Assembly: GCA_965248535.1 (NCBI GenBank) | Contig: CBDFJR010000002.1 | Coordinates: forward strand, 704,001-768,000 | Length of the DNA: 64,000 nucleotides | Direction: 5' to 3' | Source of the DNA: Phormidesmis sp. | GTDB taxonomy: Bacteria; Cyanobacteriota; Cyanobacteriia; Leptolyngbyales; Leptolyngbyaceae | In this document: one piece after another, positions 62,601 to 64,000 of the stretch | How positions within the stretch are numbered: the first letter of the stretch is position 1 | How the letters are laid out: each line of letters opens with the position of its first letter | Made by a program: the position numbers and the translations under genes | Notes under the pieces: generated by a model | Database searches by the model: none | Seen by the model: only the letters and a program-made list of their open reading frames with translations | Told to the model about the DNA's origin: nothing

Positions 62601-64000
62601 GCGCAGCCGCCGGAGGTGCCGGGTCTGGAAATGTCGCCGTGGGTGCTGCCATTTCTTATAACTACATTGGTGGCGACCCTGGCAATCCGTCTCGCAGTGT
62701 TCCTAGGAATCCGGCGGCGGCGGATGTGGGCAAAGTCTTGGCCTTTATTGACAACTCAAACGTGGTTTCAGGCATCGGAAACGTCAATGTCCTGGCTACG
62801 TCTAATCCGCGCATTATTAACGCGACGGTAGGGGGTGCAGGGGCAGGCAGCGTTGCCGTGGGCGGCTCGATTTCGATTAACTTTATGCGAACGATCGTCG
62901 ATGCCGCGATTACAAACGTTAACGCTGGCAAATCAGTCAGAGCGAATGGTAGCGTTAACCTCAATGCTACAGCTACGCCACTGATGATCATTGTCGCAGG
63001 CAACGGAGCCGGAGCCGGAACCGTCGCCGCTACGATCGCGTCTGCTACTAACGATATGCGGAGCGACATCAAGGCGAGAATCGAAGGCTCAACGGTGGTC
63101 GCTACGAATGGGGGGGTGTTGGTCAACGCCGAGGTGAAGCGTCCCAGCACTCTGCCGGGTATCAATGTCAAACAAGCCTTAGATGCTCAAATTTGGGCGT
63201 TTAGCGTCAGTGGTGCCGGGGCGGGTACTGCCTCGATCGCGGGTTCCCTGTCCCTAAACTGGATTCGTAACTCAATCGATGCTCATATTTCTGGGGGGTC
63301 TATTGTTCAAGCCAACAATGGTGCGGTGACGGTGACGGCTGCCGATCGCTCAACCATTAACGCGATCGCCGGGACGGGCAGTGGATCGGGCAGCTTTTCC
63401 TTCGGCGGGTCGGTGGCTTATAACTATGTGGGTGGCGACCCAGACAGTCCGAGTTCTGCAACCAAAAACTTGATTCAAGCCTATGTGGATGCCTCTACGG
63501 TGACTGCAAAATCAGTGAAAGTGGACGCGGCTTCCACGTCGAACATTAACAATTTAGTGTTTGCAGGGTCGGGGGCCGGAGACTTTGCCTTAGCGGGGTC
63601 GATCGGACTCAACTTTATTCGCAAGACGGTAGATGCCCACATCAGTGGGGCTGGGGCTGTGACTGCTAGCGGTGATATTAATCTCAACGCGGCTGATAGC
63701 TCAACCATCAGCGTGCTTTCTGTGCAGGGGGCAGGGGCTGGCTATGTGGCGGGCGGGGTTGCCCTGGCTTACAACGATATCAGCAACACTGTCCAGTCCT
63801 ATATAGATGGGGGTCGGGTTACTTCTAGTGCAGGCAGCATTTTCTCGAATGCGACTTCTGCATCAACGATTAATTCCCTGGCGGCTGGCATTGCGGTAGC
63901 TGGGATTGCAGGTGTAGCGGGTTCTGCGGCGGCTAACCTAATCGCAAATACGGTTCAAAGCAGTATCAATAATGCTACCGTCACTGCTAACAACAATCTC
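56687..64000 (+). CDS. Giant repetitive surface protein/adhesin (>2438 aa, runs off window): RTX-like N-terminus and LktA/haemagglutinin-like Gly/Ala/Val/Ser repeats
   Basis: ATG 56687 follows AAGGA. The frame is the same at the window end, and the track lists no stop for it. Motifs GGDGNDTL and GAGNDSL, then many GGAGA...AVGGSISVN...V.A.I repeats. Confidence 0.85.
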   Translation, partial: MESAQLNSDLSRSPLQPAFPTLQSDLERAVGSIGANKGAPQSQETPLLVSQIAATPASVQLFDLTSNTVTFTGSNAANELYLKIDTSQLLEFSIDGKNFSKLEGLHLSASTKITVDLGAGNDSLFLDASLTNALKGLGGKLIFAGGDGNDTLFGSSADTVWNITGNNAGNIDNAIEFSGVENLTGAANNKDTFVLAPGGSLSGLVDGGAGGFDSFVAQGGQYNSLTLVWTGSDSGKIVLDNNSIRYAGLEPINISPGSTLQNVTIDLSLLDVQSVDQSGTSVLFPSVDRAILEADTAGKLRFSGTHTVSNLIVDQPFEAAIFNNPSQSLTIKLGFGNDQLDIKSLDPAFAAALNIQGGDGNDTVNLTGTINFAAPLTIDGEKGNDTVNITGSVTLPGQTANITAETIKLGGTLSTSATTKAGDIKLNGYNITLDAGAQLLAKGATAGKIDISAIDTTAIFTPLINYDSSSVDFTINSGAKIEGGDVTILATANSQHILDSQTIVEQGLDTVAKVIEGLTQIGAGASIAKATAHININAGSQISANNFIAYASTIAYASTAPITFMVGPALGIAITDSTVTVAGTVTATGDATIRSTADHTLDVVSDTSGLAGIAGSIAVSVVDSKAIANVTDQANLTIGGNLFVQGDTVDRNRTLARSTAGKDGNVGVAISVNVENGETSAFLDGTAAVAGNIVVNATQKKESLPVKKLFILPAFGDGISASAGVGSNSKGDFLDDQKAAAISKVITPIKNYATKKWTEFRNKTPETAGNTNDPGIDVAAAFAIVVDNNTATARIGDGNPTDHGGKKAIVTADGTISVTAKIENVPNISASSAAKKNPEATAESGANKFAGSLAVAIGVYNNNAQAYINSDAEVDAKKALTVQAQALNDYQLKFGVNLVSPFLQQATFSTDDGAKLVKNGDIVEVRGGHVGNGDTGTWYKYIGAVPQRTIDLKNEDFSSTNNWESLGNAVAYISKNFVGNLTGYLNSNLGTKSLANSWSQATAEGDKLSVAGAVTFLDLQHTAEATIKNGARINQNRTDYYTAGTQAVVVDAKSINEGVHLGGNLKLPGIKGDITDFKFDPQTSFALGSTTADGKGGSGVGFTFLMTSYSNTVTAKIENGVRLKADSLTVNAETLGMSITVGASGGESDNIAFNGAFLVNLTNNKTRAQIDQGAIINVGALALTNPNAQGSSVWVNATDTTYVIDVAGGVALSDHVGIGATAAINIINRQTEAVIGSQVGDNSLGVRGSFTAGGAVLVNAKNDGFVGAFAVSGSKTSSNSATAPQGATGLRKSDGSGSVDDPGKLPNNQKNFDSVIAELKNNPKFQQAANDTNAVGANKGKAGISISGAVALNILDDNARAYVRNSGILTVNAGSLVLSSANTTSVGSLAGAVAIALGNGKNTAAGIAGAVGLNFVTGTTDAFVDGATSLNTKGLTLDAKRAGYIVSLTAGVAGATGKTGIAIGGSVGVTRTTNTTETGLRNTTGVVSGAVSLNASDDTNIILVAGSGAFGGKAGVGAAVSFSSIENNVFSTVSGVANFKHTGNFDVKATADGDIIAVTGGAAVSTGGGGDGGFGAAGTLSVNLISSTVEAKILNSTTTIDSTGNLTLLAKDNSAIFSFAGAFGAGKTAGIGAALALNFLNNKTRAVIEASTLRTTGALSAIATETGKVVTVSVGGAGADKFAVAGGIAVNKLTNTIEARVSAGSDILVGGAVLLSAKDDETSVAIAGGGAGSGKAALGASVGANLIENTTIAQIDDAKLISTGSTLDVLAQADQVLVSVGIGGAGAGNYALGGSISVNEIKNTVQASISDNNGAAGVATTVSAAGNVNLRASDNSTLVVVAGAGAGAGTAAVGAAIATAQVQNTVKAFIDGSKVTSTNGGINVLAGFEPPQTAADLTAIGIGTSDVPLPKTNGKQIVNVTVGGAGAQTFAAGAAISLNWIRNDVEVYIRNADVNANSDVTVAASDNPEIDSAAAGGAGSGNVAVGAAISYNYIGGDPGNPSRSVPRNPAAADVGKVLAFIDNSNVVSGIGNVNVLATSNPRIINATVGGAGAGSVAVGGSISINFMRTIVDAAITNVNAGKSVRANGSVNLNATATPLMIIVAGNGAGAGTVAATIASATNDMRSDIKARIEGSTVVATNGGVLVNAEVKRPSTLPGINVKQALDAQIWAFSVSGAGAGTASIAGSLSLNWIRNSIDAHISGGSIVQANNGAVTVTAADRSTINAIAGTGSGSGSFSFGGSVAYNYVGGDPDSPSSATKNLIQAYVDASTVTAKSVKVDAASTSNINNLVFAGSGAGDFALAGSIGLNFIRKTVDAHISGAGAVTASGDINLNAADSSTISVLSVQGAGAGYVAGGVALAYNDISNTVQSYIDGGRVTSSAGSIFSNATSASTINSLAAGIAVAGIAGVAGSAAANLIANTVQSSINNATVTANNNL

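Larger units (their letters stand above)
1..64000. repeat. HIP1 octamer (GCGATCGC) and core CGATCG dispersed at high density
   Basis: Many copies seen throughout (e.g. 725, 828, 1793, 2414). I saw none inside the IS element or psbA. Confidence 0.9.

Noticed and set aside
56947..63708. Long minus-strand ORFs (e.g. 61015-61935, 62053-62514, 62662-63171)
   Set aside because: Antisense shadows of the Gly/Ala/Val-rich giant plus-strand gene.

Overview
Chromosomal window from a cyanobacterium, probably a filamentous Leptolyngbya-like lineage (inferred from very dense HIP1 GCGATCGC sites, psbA, psbZ, nblA and heptamer STRR repeats). Most of it is housekeeping or signalling: ispF, cysA, ribH, psbZ, a CBS-domain tRNA nucleotidyltransferase, an ABC1 kinase with a PP2C phosphatase, nblA, dprA, psbA, miaB, a Liv-type ABC transporter, murG, comEC, cyaC, arfB, tRNA-Ser(CGA) and tRNA-Gly(TCC). 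It also has two surface-protein genes, one of them >2400 aa and running off the window. Notable points: (1) A complete gas-vesicle operon (gvpA-C-N-J-small ORF-K-F/L-G) in which GvpC and GvpN each end in the same ~51-aa winged-helix-like module. Directly upstream are an N-domain-less Cdc48-like double AAA+ ATPase and a divergent tandem ArsA/Get3-like ATPase. This is the best candidate for an under-described system. (2) An intact IS200/IS605 element (7394-9437) whose ends, predicted TAM (TTGAA) and guide can be read from the sequence; its TnpB keeps the RuvC triad but lacks the zinc finger. (3) A membrane pseudokinase. (4) Three genes broken by single extra bases, more likely sequencing errors than biology. 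All calls come from motif recognition only; no searches were run.
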